Of a DNA stretch of 64,000 nucleotides, positions 8,187 through 19,214 are shown one piece after another. The translations under genes were made by a program, and so were the position numbers. The notes under the pieces are model-generated. The model was not told the origin of the DNA and did no database searches. It was given only the letters and a program-made list of their open reading frames with translations. Location: the NCBI GenBank assembly GCA_051013385.1, contig CP143273.1, forward strand, positions 1,344,001 through 1,408,000, in the 5' to 3' direction. Within the stretch, counting starts at the first letter, position 1, and the number at the start of each line of letters is the position of its first letter. This stretch comes from Phormidium sp. GTDB lineage: Bacteria > Cyanobacteriota > Cyanobacteriia > Cyanobacteriales > Aerosakkonemataceae.

Positions 8187-11075
8187 TTACATTCTGGCGA
8201 AGTGTTCTAAGAGCGATCGATGAATGAAAATAAAACCACCACCAACTTTTTGCAGAAAAATTAGCTTGGTACAGCGATCGAGAAAACCTGCATAATTCCA
8301 AGGAATATCGCCATTAATATAGAGAACGAGGCGCAACACAAAATGTTTAACGCAAGCTTCGCCACCGCCAATAACTAATCCGAAACACATCCCCAAAAAT
8401 GTCCACAACAAAAGCGGCGTATGCAATATTTGAGCAATTAATCCCATACAAAGTACGCCAATTAATGCCAATATCAGTGAATTTTTGCCACTATTCCAAA
8501 TTCCTTGATTCGGAACAGTAACGGTAGCAATTCCGGCACCAGTTAGCCCACGAATTAACCCAAAAGTCAGCCCTAAACTCAGTCCCCAACCTAAACCTAA
8601 AATTATCGAATGTTGGATTGCTGGGTGAAAAATTTGTCCTTTAGTTGTAAATAATATCTCATAAAGCGGTCTAAAAATCAAGCCAAATGGCAAACTAAAA
8701 ATTAAACCAAAAATCAAGTTCTTTCTAGTTTTTTTCCAAGACCATTGTAAAGTTTCCACTGGGTTTATTTGATTAATTCCTATAAAAATCGCCCAAAGCA
8801 ATCCCATTACCAACCAATAAATTGCTTTTTTTGTTGAGTACAAGTTGGTAAATACCGAGACAATACCTAGACAATAAATTAACAACAAACCTATTAAATA
8901 CATCCATCTTTCCTGGGTATTTCTCAACCAATTCGGCTGCATTCTTTCAATTAAAAATACCGTTTGCGATTCCAATTCCATTTGTTTAGCAAGTCTACTC
9001 AACCAGTGCTTTACCTGTTCTTTAGTCTCAGTAATAGTCGCACCTTTGCGGTTAAACATTCTGTCGATATAAGCATTAAATAAATGTTGGTGAAGTTCAC
9101 CTTTACTTTTTTTAGTTAATTCGCTAATCGATAATCCTTGATTGGCGAGAGTGATGATACTTAACATCAAGGGAGATTTGACTAATTCTTGTAATGTTTC
9201 ATCTTCGGATATGGCGCGGTTAAATGCTGTTACTTCAATTCCGGCGTTGACAATATATTGTTGAATTTGTGCGGGAGTTAGGGGTTGTAAATAAATCGCT
9301 GCTTGTAAACTTAATCGCTGAGAAAGTGCGTCATAATCTTTAATTCGGCTGCACACAACTATTTCGGTTTGTCCATATTTTTGGATAAATTTATTTAAGG
9401 CTAACACACAAGCGGGTCGGCGTTTGGGGCTAACTTCGTCTAAGCCATCTAATAATAGCAGTAATTGTTGTTGTTCCAGCCAATTTCTGCCAATTTCTGG
9501 TGAAACTTGATATTTGGTGTGCAATTCTTTCACTAGCCAATCAGCAATTGTTTGTCTTTCTTCTGTCCAAGAAGATAAGTTAAATACTACGGGAATTGGT
9601 TGGGTTAAGTCTAATTGCGATCGCCCAATTAAATCTTTCCCTAATTCTAATAAAGTTGTAGTTTTCCCCGCCCCAGGTTCGCCTAAAATCAGCAAACTGC
9701 GCCCTACTCCCAACTGAGCGAACTTTTCGCTAACAGTGGTTCCTTTGGGTAAAATTTGCCTTGGCAAGTTGCAACTTTCCCAGACTAAACCCCAAGGATA
9801 TTCCACCGCATCTAACCGTTCTTCTAATCCTAATTCTATCAGAATCTTCCCATGTAGGGAATTTTCCAACACTCCATTAATCCAGTAATTCGTAACTTTA
9901 TTGAGCAAGATTTGTCGATAGCGATAATCTTGTTGACTGAGTTGTTTAAAAAGTTGCTGATAATTGTTTTTTTTCGCTATTTCTGGAGTGGCGATCGCTT
10001 TTTCAACCAAGGGCCATTTTATGGGTAAATAAGCGGGATTTTGACAAATAACTGGCAACCAAGTAGCGCAAGGAAACTGATTTTCAATTCCTTGTAATCT
10101 TTCTCTTGCTGTGCGAACTGACTGATAAAATGGTGTCCCATTAGCGAAACTAATGAGGAAATATTTCAAAAATTCCTGGGCTACTTTATCTGGTACTGGT
10201 TCCCGCATTACAATCATTTGGGGAATGTTTAAACTTGCCAAATCTTGCGCTAAACCTAATCCATCACAGGAGTTAAAAATCGCCAATTGTAACCCATTTT
10301 CTACCGCTTTTGTTAAGGCATATCTCAACTGTTCGATGGTTAAACTTTCGCTATAATTAATTTGAATTTCGCCTTGAGTTTCGCTAGAACTGTGCCCCGC
10401 AAAGAATAAAATATCCCAAGAATTTTCCCATAAGTAATCTTGGAGTTGTTGCGATCGCGGTTTTTCCAAAAAAGCGATCGTCGCTGAAGGTAATTTTTCT
10501 AGCAAACTTCGATCGGTTTTCACATCAATTCCTTCGCTACTTCCCAGAATAGCTAAAATTTTTACTGGAGTTGCGATCGGTTTGAATTCTCCACCCTTAT
10601 AATTAGGAAGACTCAGGGCAATTTCCGCTTGCTGATAACGTGCAAATAAATCCCATAAATGCCAAGGGAGTCGCTGCAAAAACAGATCTTGGGTTTGTAA
10701 AATCACTCGCACGCTATCATTTTGTTGCACTTCCGAGAGAATAGTTTCTCGCAAATCCAAACAACCAGGTTGACGTAACCAAAAATTCAATTTATCCCGC
10801 AATAATTGTGCTTTACTATGGCAATCTTCCCAGTCTTCTTGCTGCGAAATATTCGTTATCTGTCGGTCGGCGATTTTAATCCGCCTATCCATTCCTCCCA
10901 AACGGCGATAACTGGAAACCCAACCTTTGTAGAGGTGAGGAATTTCCAATTCAGGCGGGAGAAATCGGACAATTTCTAATCGGGGTATGCTACCATCTTC
11001 TCCGATTTGCAGTGTCACCGGAAACCCTAACTCGAAATTGCCTGCACCAAATTTTAAAACAACCAGCCGCTCCAT
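8187..11075 (-). CDS. CHAT (caspase-like) protease - NACHT NTPase - multi-TM protein
   Basis: CHAT dyad FFAGHS / IFNSCDG; Walker A GEPGAGKTT, Walker B LLLLDGLDEV; hydrophobic C-terminus ending GGGFIFIHRSLLEHF. Confidence 0.9.
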   Translation of the reverse strand: MERLVVLKFGAGNFELGFPVTLQIGEDGSIPRLEIVRFLPPELEIPHLYKGWVSSYRRLGGMDRRIKIADRQITNISQQEDWEDCHSKAQLLRDKLNFWLRQPGCLDLRETILSEVQQNDSVRVILQTQDLFLQRLPWHLWDLFARYQQAEIALSLPNYKGGEFKPIATPVKILAILGSSEGIDVKTDRSLLEKLPSATIAFLEKPRSQQLQDYLWENSWDILFFAGHSSSETQGEIQINYSESLTIEQLRYALTKAVENGLQLAIFNSCDGLGLAQDLASLNIPQMIVMREPVPDKVAQEFLKYFLISFANGTPFYQSVRTARERLQGIENQFPCATWLPVICQNPAYLPIKWPLVEKAIATPEIAKKNNYQQLFKQLSQQDYRYRQILLNKVTNYWINGVLENSLHGKILIELGLEERLDAVEYPWGLVWESCNLPRQILPKGTTVSEKFAQLGVGRSLLILGEPGAGKTTTLLELGKDLIGRSQLDLTQPIPVVFNLSSWTEERQTIADWLVKELHTKYQVSPEIGRNWLEQQQLLLLLDGLDEVSPKRRPACVLALNKFIQKYGQTEIVVCSRIKDYDALSQRLSLQAAIYLQPLTPAQIQQYIVNAGIEVTAFNRAISEDETLQELVKSPLMLSIITLANQGLSISELTKKSKGELHQHLFNAYIDRMFNRKGATITETKEQVKHWLSRLAKQMELESQTVFLIERMQPNWLRNTQERWMYLIGLLLIYCLGIVSVFTNLYSTKKAIYWLVMGLLWAIFIGINQINPVETLQWSWKKTRKNLIFGLIFSLPFGLIFRPLYEILFTTKGQIFHPAIQHSIILGLGWGLSLGLTFGLIRGLTGAGIATVTVPNQGIWNSGKNSLILALIGVLCMGLIAQILHTPLLLWTFLGMCFGLVIGGGEACVKHFVLRLVLYINGDIPWNYAGFLDRCTKLIFLQKVGGGFIFIHRSLLEHFARM

Positions 11076-11078
11076 ATT

Positions 11079-11996
11079 TTAAATTAAAAAATATTCGATA
11101 ATACTGGCATCACCTAAACTTACCTTAACACTAAATCTTTCTCCGATTTCGCCGCTAAATTGCCACTGAATATAATTATCTGCTGTTCTAGCTTGAGTTG
11201 CAATTAGTTGGTTTCCCAATTCATCAAATAAAGTTAGCTGAATTGATGGCGGTAAAGTGTTCAGGTTTCCCGGAGAATGAAGCATCACCCGAATGTTGAT
11301 AGTTTCCCGATCTTCCGGCTTAATTTCCAATACTAAAGCCAAAAAATTATCAGCCAATTCAATTAATTTAGCCCGATTAATTTCTGCCTCTGATTCAGTT
11401 TGGCTGTTTCTAAAACTAAAGGCTAATTGAGTTTGGGGAGGATTTAATATGGCGGCTACTTCTTGCCAAGTTGCATCAAATATGTTGTCCAACCATTGAC
11501 TTAAATTTACTACGGGATTGGGAAGGGTTTCGTGGAGTTTTGTCAGTAATAATTCTAGAGGTTGTAAATTAGCGATCGCCACCCTTTCCCTTGTTACCTC
11601 TGGCAGAAATCCCCAAATTTTCCCGGCTAAGAAATCCTCATCTATTTCTACCACAACATAGCCAATTCTATCTAACCAAACTTCTAAAGGAATCCGACAA
11701 AATTCCGCCCCTTTTCTAATTGGACGACATTCCAATTTTCCCTTTCCTCTCACCACAAGATCGGCAATATCTGCCATCATCCTCACAGTCGGATTCCAAC
11801 TATCGCTAGTTGCTAAATTGGGAGAAAATCCTAACATTTGCAAACAGTCATTTACGACTAAAACCGCTAGGGTATTTAAGAATACTTGTTCCGCTTTTTC
11901 TGATGTCGGTTGTTGTCGAGAAAACTCAGCAGCAAGACGGCGATAATCTTGAGGAATCGGTAAAGAAATCGTTAAATCTTCAGTAGTTGCTGACAT
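11079..11996 (-). CDS. DUF1822 family protein
   Basis: FLNTLAV, LECRP, DRIGYVVV, VNLSQWL, DNYIQ..FSG..GERFSV motifs; start moved to ATG 11996 (AAGGA upstream). Confidence 0.85.
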   Translation of the reverse strand: MSATTEDLTISLPIPQDYRRLAAEFSRQQPTSEKAEQVFLNTLAVLVVNDCLQMLGFSPNLATSDSWNPTVRMMADIADLVVRGKGKLECRPIRKGAEFCRIPLEVWLDRIGYVVVEIDEDFLAGKIWGFLPEVTRERVAIANLQPLELLLTKLHETLPNPVVNLSQWLDNIFDATWQEVAAILNPPQTQLAFSFRNSQTESEAEINRAKLIELADNFLALVLEIKPEDRETINIRVMLHSPGNLNTLPPSIQLTLFDELGNQLIATQARTADNYIQWQFSGEIGERFSVKVSLGDASIIEYFLI

Positions 11997-12010
11997 AAAA
12001 TTTATCCTTT

Positions 12011-12673
12011 TTAAATATATCCTTGTTGTTTGCCAAATTCCCGTAACAGCTTCAGGCAATGTCGGGAATAAAAACTACTTAAAGTAGTGTTCTTAATCTG
12101 AAATTCTTTTGCTAGTACTTCCCAAGGTGTTTCTGGAGGTAGGCGACGGAGAATTAGTACTTGACAATTAATTTCTGGTCGATCGCGAATATGTAAGCGC
12201 CGCAATTTACCTCCCGGATCTTGGTTTACCCAATCTTTAATTTCGGTTAAAATTGGCGGTAAATCTGGGGCATCTGCTAAATTATCAATCGGATTACGAT
12301 ATTCTCGATCTTGGTTTAATGGTAACATCGATCGCCAACGTTTTTGGTTCTCGGTTTCGATGCGACAATCTTGCAAACGACGTTTCAAATAAGCATTTAA
12401 CCAAGTGATTACACTCGCTTTTTCCTCATCGTAGCGATCGCCTGTCACCGCCTCACAAAGATTGCGACAAAAATAAATCCAGGTAAGTTGGAGAGCATCT
12501 TCATATTCCGGCGATCGCTCTTGCCAAAGCTTACCAGATTGTTGAATTATCCTGATCAATTTTGTTAATCCCAAACAGCGTGACAAACTATTAGGAGGAT
12601 GAGTACAAGTTGCTATTATTAGCGATCGCAACTCCCCGAAAAGTTCTTTTGTATAATCTCGATCGCTCATCAT
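12011..12673 (-). CDS. Divergent sigma-70-like (ECF/HetZ-related) protein
   Basis: Region-2-like YEDALQLTWIYF and TWLNAYLKRRLQD; C-terminal HTH-like WEVLAKEFQIKNTTLSSFY; adjacent to DUF1822. Confidence 0.75.
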   Translation of the reverse strand: MMSDRDYTKELFGELRSLIIATCTHPPNSLSRCLGLTKLIRIIQQSGKLWQERSPEYEDALQLTWIYFCRNLCEAVTGDRYDEEKASVITWLNAYLKRRLQDCRIETENQKRWRSMLPLNQDREYRNPIDNLADAPDLPPILTEIKDWVNQDPGGKLRRLHIRDRPEINCQVLILRRLPPETPWEVLAKEFQIKNTTLSSFYSRHCLKLLREFGKQQGYI

Positions 12674-12685
12674 TAAATTCCCCCT

Positions 12686-14539
12686 TCACCACCTGGGAGA
12701 AGCAGCAAGTAACTCAGTTGCTTCTTTCTCTGGTAAAGGTTTAGCAAATAAGTATCCTTGCCCAAATTCACATTTTAATTCGCGCAATTGTGCCAGTTGT
12801 TTTTCAGTTTCAATTCCTTCTGCTACTACGCTCATTTTCATAGTTTCGGCAATTTTCTTAATAGCAGGAATTAATCCTAAACTTTCTAAAGTTCCATCTA
12901 ATTTACTGACAAAAGATCTGTCCACTTTCAGTGTATCAACTGGGAAATTATGCAGGTAACTTAAAGAAGAATACCCGGTGCCAAAATCATCAATACTTAA
13001 TTGAATTCTTCTTTGGCGTAACTCTTGCAAAATTGCTTTGGCGGATTGAGCATTATTGATAAATGCACTTTCTGTGATTTCCAATTTAAGATTTTGCGGA
13101 TTTATTTGAGCTTCCGCCAGAATTTGGTCAATTTGTTCGACTATATCGAGTTGGGCAAATTGTTTAGCAGAAATATTAACACTCATGAAAATAGATTCAT
13201 CTATAAGTTTTTCCTGATGCCATTGTTGTACTTGATGGCAAGCTTGTGACAATACTATTTTACCAATTGAGTTGATTAAGCCTGTTTCTTCGGCTAGGGG
13301 AATAAACAAAACTGGGGGAACTATTCCTCTGGTGGGGTGTTGCCAGCGAACTAAGGCTTCAAATCCGGTAATTTTGCCTGTGCAAAGGGAAATTATTGGC
13401 TGATAATGTACAACAAACTCTTTTTGTTGAATGGCTTTTCGTAAGTCATTTTCTAACTGTAAAGCTTGCATTGCAGCGGCGTGCATTGTCGGATCAAAAA
13501 CGTGATATTGTCCTTTACCTAATGTTTTTGCTCGATACATAGCGGTGTCGGCATCCCGCAGTATATGTTCGGCTTGTTCGTAACTATGATTACCTAAAGC
13601 AACTCCGATACTAGCATTAATAAAAACTTCGTTTCTTTTTAATTGAAAGGGAAAGGAAAAGGCTTTCAGTATTTGATCTGCTACTTTAGTTACACTGTTA
13701 ATATTATCAATCTGTTTGAGGAGGATAGCAAATTCGTCGCCGCCAAATCGTGCGATCGTACTCTCGGAAGTTAGAATTGACTTTAATCGATGAGTTAAAG
13801 CGATTAAAAGTTCATCTCCTACTAAATGACCTAGAGAATCATTAATTACTTTAAAGCGATCGCAATCCAAAAACAACACAGCAAATTGATAATCAGCATT
13901 TTCCTGAGCAACATTTAGCAGTTCCACCAGTTGCTCCATAAAAAAAGCTCGATTCGGTAATCCTGTCAGCGAATCATGGAGCGCCATATTCAGCAGTTTT
14001 GTTTGCAGCAACTTACGTTCTTGAATTTCGCGTTTTAACTCTTCAATTACTGCTTGTAACTGATAAGTACGTTCTTTTACTCTAGCTTCTAGTTCTGCAT
14101 TCAGTTTTTGATTTTGCTGCTTTGCCGCTTTTAGGGCTAGTTGAATGCGAACTCTTGCTAAAACTTCTTCAAATTGAAAAGGTTTACTAATATAATCAGC
14201 ACCACCTACTGTAAAAGCTTTTACCTTATCAAAAGCATCATTCAAAGCACTTAAAAAAATCACCGGAATTTCCGCAGTTTTTGGATTAGATTTCAGCCTT
14301 TCACATACTTCATATCCATCCATCACTGGCATCATAATATCCAGCAAAATCAAGTCTGGTAAAACTGTATCCATCGCCGTTAGCGCCATTTGTCCAGTCA
14401 GCGCCTTCCGCACGTTATAACCTTCATTTACCAAAAATGATGAAAGTAGACGTAAATTTTCTGCTGTATCGTCAACAATTAATATATCTTCTTTTTCATT
14501 TGCTACTGCTTGTTTGGTCAATTCTGTATCAACATTCAT
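12686..14539 (-). CDS. Response regulator REC-GGDEF-EAL (diguanylate cyclase/phosphodiesterase)
   Basis: LIVDD, LLDIMMP receiver; intact GGDEF; EAL and DDFGTGYSSL. Confidence 0.95.
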   Translation of the reverse strand: MNVDTELTKQAVANEKEDILIVDDTAENLRLLSSFLVNEGYNVRKALTGQMALTAMDTVLPDLILLDIMMPVMDGYEVCERLKSNPKTAEIPVIFLSALNDAFDKVKAFTVGGADYISKPFQFEEVLARVRIQLALKAAKQQNQKLNAELEARVKERTYQLQAVIEELKREIQERKLLQTKLLNMALHDSLTGLPNRAFFMEQLVELLNVAQENADYQFAVLFLDCDRFKVINDSLGHLVGDELLIALTHRLKSILTSESTIARFGGDEFAILLKQIDNINSVTKVADQILKAFSFPFQLKRNEVFINASIGVALGNHSYEQAEHILRDADTAMYRAKTLGKGQYHVFDPTMHAAAMQALQLENDLRKAIQQKEFVVHYQPIISLCTGKITGFEALVRWQHPTRGIVPPVLFIPLAEETGLINSIGKIVLSQACHQVQQWHQEKLIDESIFMSVNISAKQFAQLDIVEQIDQILAEAQINPQNLKLEITESAFINNAQSAKAILQELRQRRIQLSIDDFGTGYSSLSYLHNFPVDTLKVDRSFVSKLDGTLESLGLIPAIKKIAETMKMSVVAEGIETEKQLAQLRELKCEFGQGYLFAKPLPEKEATELLAASPRW

Positions 14540-14619
14540 GACTTATTGCCTTTTTTCCGAAAAATGCAGATTTACCTTTACTATATCTCTCAATCATTTT
14601 ACTTTCTCAAGTCACTAAT

Positions 14620-17600
14620 TTAACTCTTGCCTATTTTTTGCATTAACGCCATTATTTGCTCAAATTGAAAGTTTTCTACTAAATTACTCAAGGCATCACT
14701 CAAAACAGATATTTCTTGGGGAATTTGCTCAATCAATTCCAAAATTAAATTATCACTTCCTTGGGCAGCTGCATAATATAGATTTTCTGTCCACTCAATT
14801 GGCATCATTTGTAAGCAGGAAATCAGAGAATCCTTCTTGACTGGTACTACTGCATCTTTGATTCCTTCCTGTTCATAAACATATTTTATACCCAAATGGT
14901 TAGAGATTTTTTCTAGTAACTCTTGTTCTTGAAAAGGTTTACGGACAAAATCATCACATCCAGTAGATAAAATAACTTTTCGATCCTCTTCAAAAGCACT
15001 AGCAGTCAGAGCAATAATCACGGTTGCTTGACCTTTCAAATGCTTTTTGATCTGTCTGGTAGCTTCATAGCCATTCATTACAGGCATTCGCATATCCATC
15101 AAAATTAAATGTGGTTCCCAAGCTTCCCACATAGCCAAAGCTTGTTGACCATTTTCAGCTTCCTGTACTGCAAAACCTAAAGAAGTCAGTAATTTAATTA
15201 ACAATAATCGATTATTTAATTTATCTTCAACCACTAAAATTCGATAATTTTGTTGATTTGGAGCTATTCCAATAATTTTTCTCTTTTCCGAATTGATTCT
15301 CGGTTTCTGAGTAGATTGAGCAATCTTCACTGGAATCTTAAAGCTAAATTTTGCGCCGAAACCAAGTTCACTACTAACAAAAATTTTTCCTCCCATTATT
15401 TCCACAAATCTTTGACTAATGGATAAGCCTAAACCTGTGCCAGTACCAGAATTCAAACCACTTGTAGTTTGGGCGAAAGGAGTAAATAATTGACTTAATT
15501 CATTTGCTCCAATACCTGAGCCAGTATCAGAAACTTCAAAGAATAATTGCATGCTTTCTAATTCTGTAGCAGCATTATTTTCCATCTCTACGCGCAAAGT
15601 TACACTGCCAATTTGGGTAAATTTGATAGCATTACTCAGCAAATTAATTAAAACTTGCCGCAGTTTAGCTTCATCAGTTTTAATGTATTGTGGCACTTCG
15701 GAATTATACTCAAAGGTAAGTTTTAATTGCTTAGAGTCTGCTTTCAATTTAAACATTTCTTCTAAGCTATCTAGCAGACAATGTAAGTCAAAGCTATTTT
15801 CATTTAGGGTGATTCGTCCTGCTTCAATTTTGGACATCTCCAGAATTTCGTTAATTAATTCCAGTAAATGTTCTCCACTCCGGCTGATAATTCCCAGAGA
15901 TTCTTGATGATCAGTTGCTAAACTTTGGTCACGGTTCATTACTTGGGTAAAACCAAGAATTGCGTTTAATGGTGTGCGTAATTCGTGACTCATATTAGCC
16001 AAAAATTCGCTTTTAGCGCGGTTAGCAGCATCAGCCGCTTCTTTGGCTTTCATTAGTTCAACCGACTGTTGTTGAGTTTTGGCTAATAATTCTGCTTGCT
16101 GTAAAGCAACTCCTAATTGATTGCCGATTTGCACAACCATTTTAATTTCCGCTTCTTGCCATTGTCGGGGAGCATAATTTTGGTAACTTGCTAATAATCC
16201 CCATAATTGATTACCACAAAATATCGGCACGATAATATATGCTCTGGCTTGCAGTTTCCCTAGTAATTCTAAATAACAATCGTCAAAATTAGCAGTGTAA
16301 ATATCTGTGACACAACGGTAACTAGTTCCACTGCGATAAATTCCTCCTTGGGTTTCTTGCAAGTAAGTATCTTGGATTTGGTTATCTGCACTATCTAAAG
16401 CTTTTACGGCGCAATCTTCTGTACCAACAGCCGCTTTTGTTAAGACTGGTTGCTGTGATTCAACTAATAAATCCCATCCTGCTGCTACTGATTCGGCGAC
16501 AAGTTCTCCACTCCAATCAGGATTAAAGCGATAAACAAGTACCCGATCGCACTGCACAGCTTGGCGTAATTCTTGAGTTGTGGCGCTAAAAATTTGTTTA
16601 ATATCGAGTGTTTGGCGCATTCTTTGAATTACTCTGGCGATCGCTCTTTCTCGATCGGCTATTTCTCGCAAAGTTGACTCTACTTTTTTGCGCTCACTAA
16701 TATCCCGCACTACACAAACTGATGAGTTTTCATCAATTTTCGTCATACTTTTTTCTTGGGGGAAGAAGCTACCATTTTTACGTCTTCCTGTAGCTTCTAT
16801 GCGACAATTTCCATATTTAGCAAACTCAGGAATAAGTTCTCTTTCAAATCGCTCTAATTCATTTTTATCATAAAGATTGCGCCAATTTGTCCCCAGTAAG
16901 TCTCGCTCATTTTCGTAGCCATATATTCGCACATAAGCTTCATTTAAATAAACGTACCTGTCCTCTGCATCAACTATCGCAATTCCATCATTCACTGCTG
17001 CCATTGCTGCGGCTTGTTGCTGTAAAGCTAATTCGGCACTTTTGCGATCGCTAATATCCCGGATAATCCCCACTAAAACTTGCTCATCTTTCTCATCCTT
17101 AAAAGCGATTTTTTTAGTTAAAAGCGTGTGAACATTGCCTAAATTATCAGTTATTTCTTCTTCCCTTTCCTGCTCAATGCCACTACTAAAAACTAAGTCA
17201 TCATATTGCCAAAAAACTGTGGCTTCTGCGGGAGATAAAAAATCGTAATCTGACTTTCCGATTAACTCTTCACGATTATGACCCATTAATTGGCAAAAAG
17301 CATCATTGACCATTGTCCAACGATGTTGTTGGTCTTTGACAAAAATCGGATCGGACAATGCGTTAAGTACCCGATCTAAAAAATCTTTATTTGTCTTTAA
17401 ACGAGCTTCACTTTCTCTGAAAGCTAACTCAGCCGCAACTCTTTCTTTAATTTCTGTTTCCAGCGCCATATTAGCTGCTGTTAACTCAAACGTCCGTTCT
17501 TGGACGCGAATTTCTAACTCTTCATAAGCCTGACGTAAAGCAAACTCTGCTTTTTGTCGTTCAATAATCTCTCTTTGTAATTCTACATTCAATGCCTCTA

Positions 17601-17982
17601 GCTGTTCCGGCGTTTGTAATGCCAAAAACTGCGGTAGCAAATTTACCATTTGCAGTGCTGTGAAACAGGATACCAAAGCCGTTAAAGCATTCTCTATTCC
17701 TGTCAGCCAGTAAGCTGGATGCCACAGCGTCCAAACTTCCAGCAAGTGACCTAAACCGCAAAGAATTATAAAGGCGCTAAATAAAAAAAATACTTTATGG
17801 AAGGGAACGTCTTTTCGTTTACAGACAAAGTAAATTAGCAGCGATGGAATAGAAAAATAGGCGATCGCTATCAACAAATCGCTAACTAAGTGTAATCCTA
17901 CCAGTTGCGGTTTCCACAAATAGCAATGCCCATGAGGAATAAACTGGCTTGGTGAAGTGAAATTCTTAATTATTTCCCACAT
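14620..17982 (-). CDS. Hybrid sensor histidine kinase: ethylene-receptor-like TM domain, 2x PAS, cyanobacteriochrome GAF, HisKA/HATPase, REC
   Basis: [13 protein letters not shown] and LCGLGH; GAF with [10 protein letters not shown] and [26 protein letters not shown]. Confidence 0.92.
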   Translation of the reverse strand: MWEIIKNFTSPSQFIPHGHCYLWKPQLVGLHLVSDLLIAIAYFSIPSLLIYFVCKRKDVPFHKVFFLFSAFIILCGLGHLLEVWTLWHPAYWLTGIENALTALVSCFTALQMVNLLPQFLALQTPEQLEALNVELQREIIERQKAEFALRQAYEELEIRVQERTFELTAANMALETEIKERVAAELAFRESEARLKTNKDFLDRVLNALSDPIFVKDQQHRWTMVNDAFCQLMGHNREELIGKSDYDFLSPAEATVFWQYDDLVFSSGIEQEREEEITDNLGNVHTLLTKKIAFKDEKDEQVLVGIIRDISDRKSAELALQQQAAAMAAVNDGIAIVDAEDRYVYLNEAYVRIYGYENERDLLGTNWRNLYDKNELERFERELIPEFAKYGNCRIEATGRRKNGSFFPQEKSMTKIDENSSVCVVRDISERKKVESTLREIADRERAIARVIQRMRQTLDIKQIFSATTQELRQAVQCDRVLVYRFNPDWSGELVAESVAAGWDLLVESQQPVLTKAAVGTEDCAVKALDSADNQIQDTYLQETQGGIYRSGTSYRCVTDIYTANFDDCYLELLGKLQARAYIIVPIFCGNQLWGLLASYQNYAPRQWQEAEIKMVVQIGNQLGVALQQAELLAKTQQQSVELMKAKEAADAANRAKSEFLANMSHELRTPLNAILGFTQVMNRDQSLATDHQESLGIISRSGEHLLELINEILEMSKIEAGRITLNENSFDLHCLLDSLEEMFKLKADSKQLKLTFEYNSEVPQYIKTDEAKLRQVLINLLSNAIKFTQIGSVTLRVEMENNAATELESMQLFFEVSDTGSGIGANELSQLFTPFAQTTSGLNSGTGTGLGLSISQRFVEIMGGKIFVSSELGFGAKFSFKIPVKIAQSTQKPRINSEKRKIIGIAPNQQNYRILVVEDKLNNRLLLIKLLTSLGFAVQEAENGQQALAMWEAWEPHLILMDMRMPVMNGYEATRQIKKHLKGQATVIIALTASAFEEDRKVILSTGCDDFVRKPFQEQELLEKISNHLGIKYVYEQEGIKDAVVPVKKDSLISCLQMMPIEWTENLYYAAAQGSDNLILELIEQIPQEISVLSDALSNLVENFQFEQIMALMQKIGKS

Positions 17983-18332
17983 TGTTTAATTTTTAAAGTT
18001 TTTCAAACCCATAAGAGACTGTTCATCGTAACCTCTAATGCCTAACTGCATTATTACCACATCATGCTTAAGACATATTTTATAAAGTTAAGGTAATTTC
18101 TGTTGTTTAGTTAGTATGTTCCATATTTTAAAACTTTTTTGATTTTTTTCAATCTGAATCTATCTTACTATATGTGTTATAAAATACATTTTAATATAAA
18201 ATTTATCGATAAATTTACGTAATTACACATTAATTTATTTTTTTTTATGGATTTAAAATATCAGTTGGTTGATTAAATTAGCATTGCTTATAAATTAATA
18301 AGTTTCCATAGCCATAGCTTAACAAATCATCA

Positions 18333-19214
18333 ATGCCAGAGCAAAATTTCTTCCTTCCCCAACTTACAGATGATGGTTCTTTTACCTTTTTTTCCGCTGA
18401 ATTTGGCGAAACCTTTCACAGCCAAAGTGGTGCAATTCAAGAAGCCGAAGCCAAGTTTGTCCAACCATTACAGTTAACACAGCAAGCGGAAAAACCTAAA
18501 TTGCAATTACTAGACATCTGTTATGGTTTAGGGTATAATACCGCAGCAGCACTAAAAGCAATTTGGCAAATCAATCCCGATTGTCAGGTAGAAATATTCG
18601 CCTTGGAATTAGATGCCACAGTCCCCGCAGCTGCTTTTGCTCATGAGTTGATGAACAATTGGCCTGAGCCTATACCGCAAATTCTCACACAACTAGTCAG
18701 CCAGCGCCAAATCCAAACCGAAAACCTCAAAGCCACCTTACTAATTGGCGATGCTCGTTCTACTATCCAACAATTACCTCCCTACTGGCAAGCAGACGCA
18801 ATTTTCCTTGACCCCTTTTCTCCACCCAATTGTCCCCAACTTTGGACAGTAGAATTTTTAGGAAAAGTAGCCAAACACCTGAAGCCAGAAGGTAAACTTG
18901 CCACCTATTCCTGTTCCGCTGCTGTTAGGAGTGCGCTTAATGCAGCTGGGTTAAAAATTGGGGCGACAACACCTGTGGGTAGGCGTTCCCCAGGTACGAT
19001 CGCCAGCGAGAGCGCAAAAGACTTACCCCCCCTATCCCAGCAAGAACAAGAACACTTGCAAACTCGCGCCGCCATTCCCTACCGAGATCCGAATTTAGGC
19101 GATCGAGCCGATATAATTTTGCACCGTCGCCACTTAGAACAACAAACTTCCTCCCTAGAGCCCACCTCCCACTGGAAAAAACGCTGGCTATTGAATGCCC
19201 CCGTTACAGCGTAG
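18333..19214 (+). CDS. tRNA mnm5s2U34 methyltransferase (MnmC N-terminal/MnmD-like)
   Basis: TDDGSFT, FHSQSGA, DICYGLGYN, FLDPFSP, LATYS motifs. Confidence 0.85.
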   Translation: MPEQNFFLPQLTDDGSFTFFSAEFGETFHSQSGAIQEAEAKFVQPLQLTQQAEKPKLQLLDICYGLGYNTAAALKAIWQINPDCQVEIFALELDATVPAAAFAHELMNNWPEPIPQILTQLVSQRQIQTENLKATLLIGDARSTIQQLPPYWQADAIFLDPFSPPNCPQLWTVEFLGKVAKHLKPEGKLATYSCSAAVRSALNAAGLKIGATTPVGRRSPGTIASESAKDLPPLSQQEQEHLQTRAAIPYRDPNLGDRADIILHRRHLEQQTSSLEPTSHWKKRWLLNAPVTA

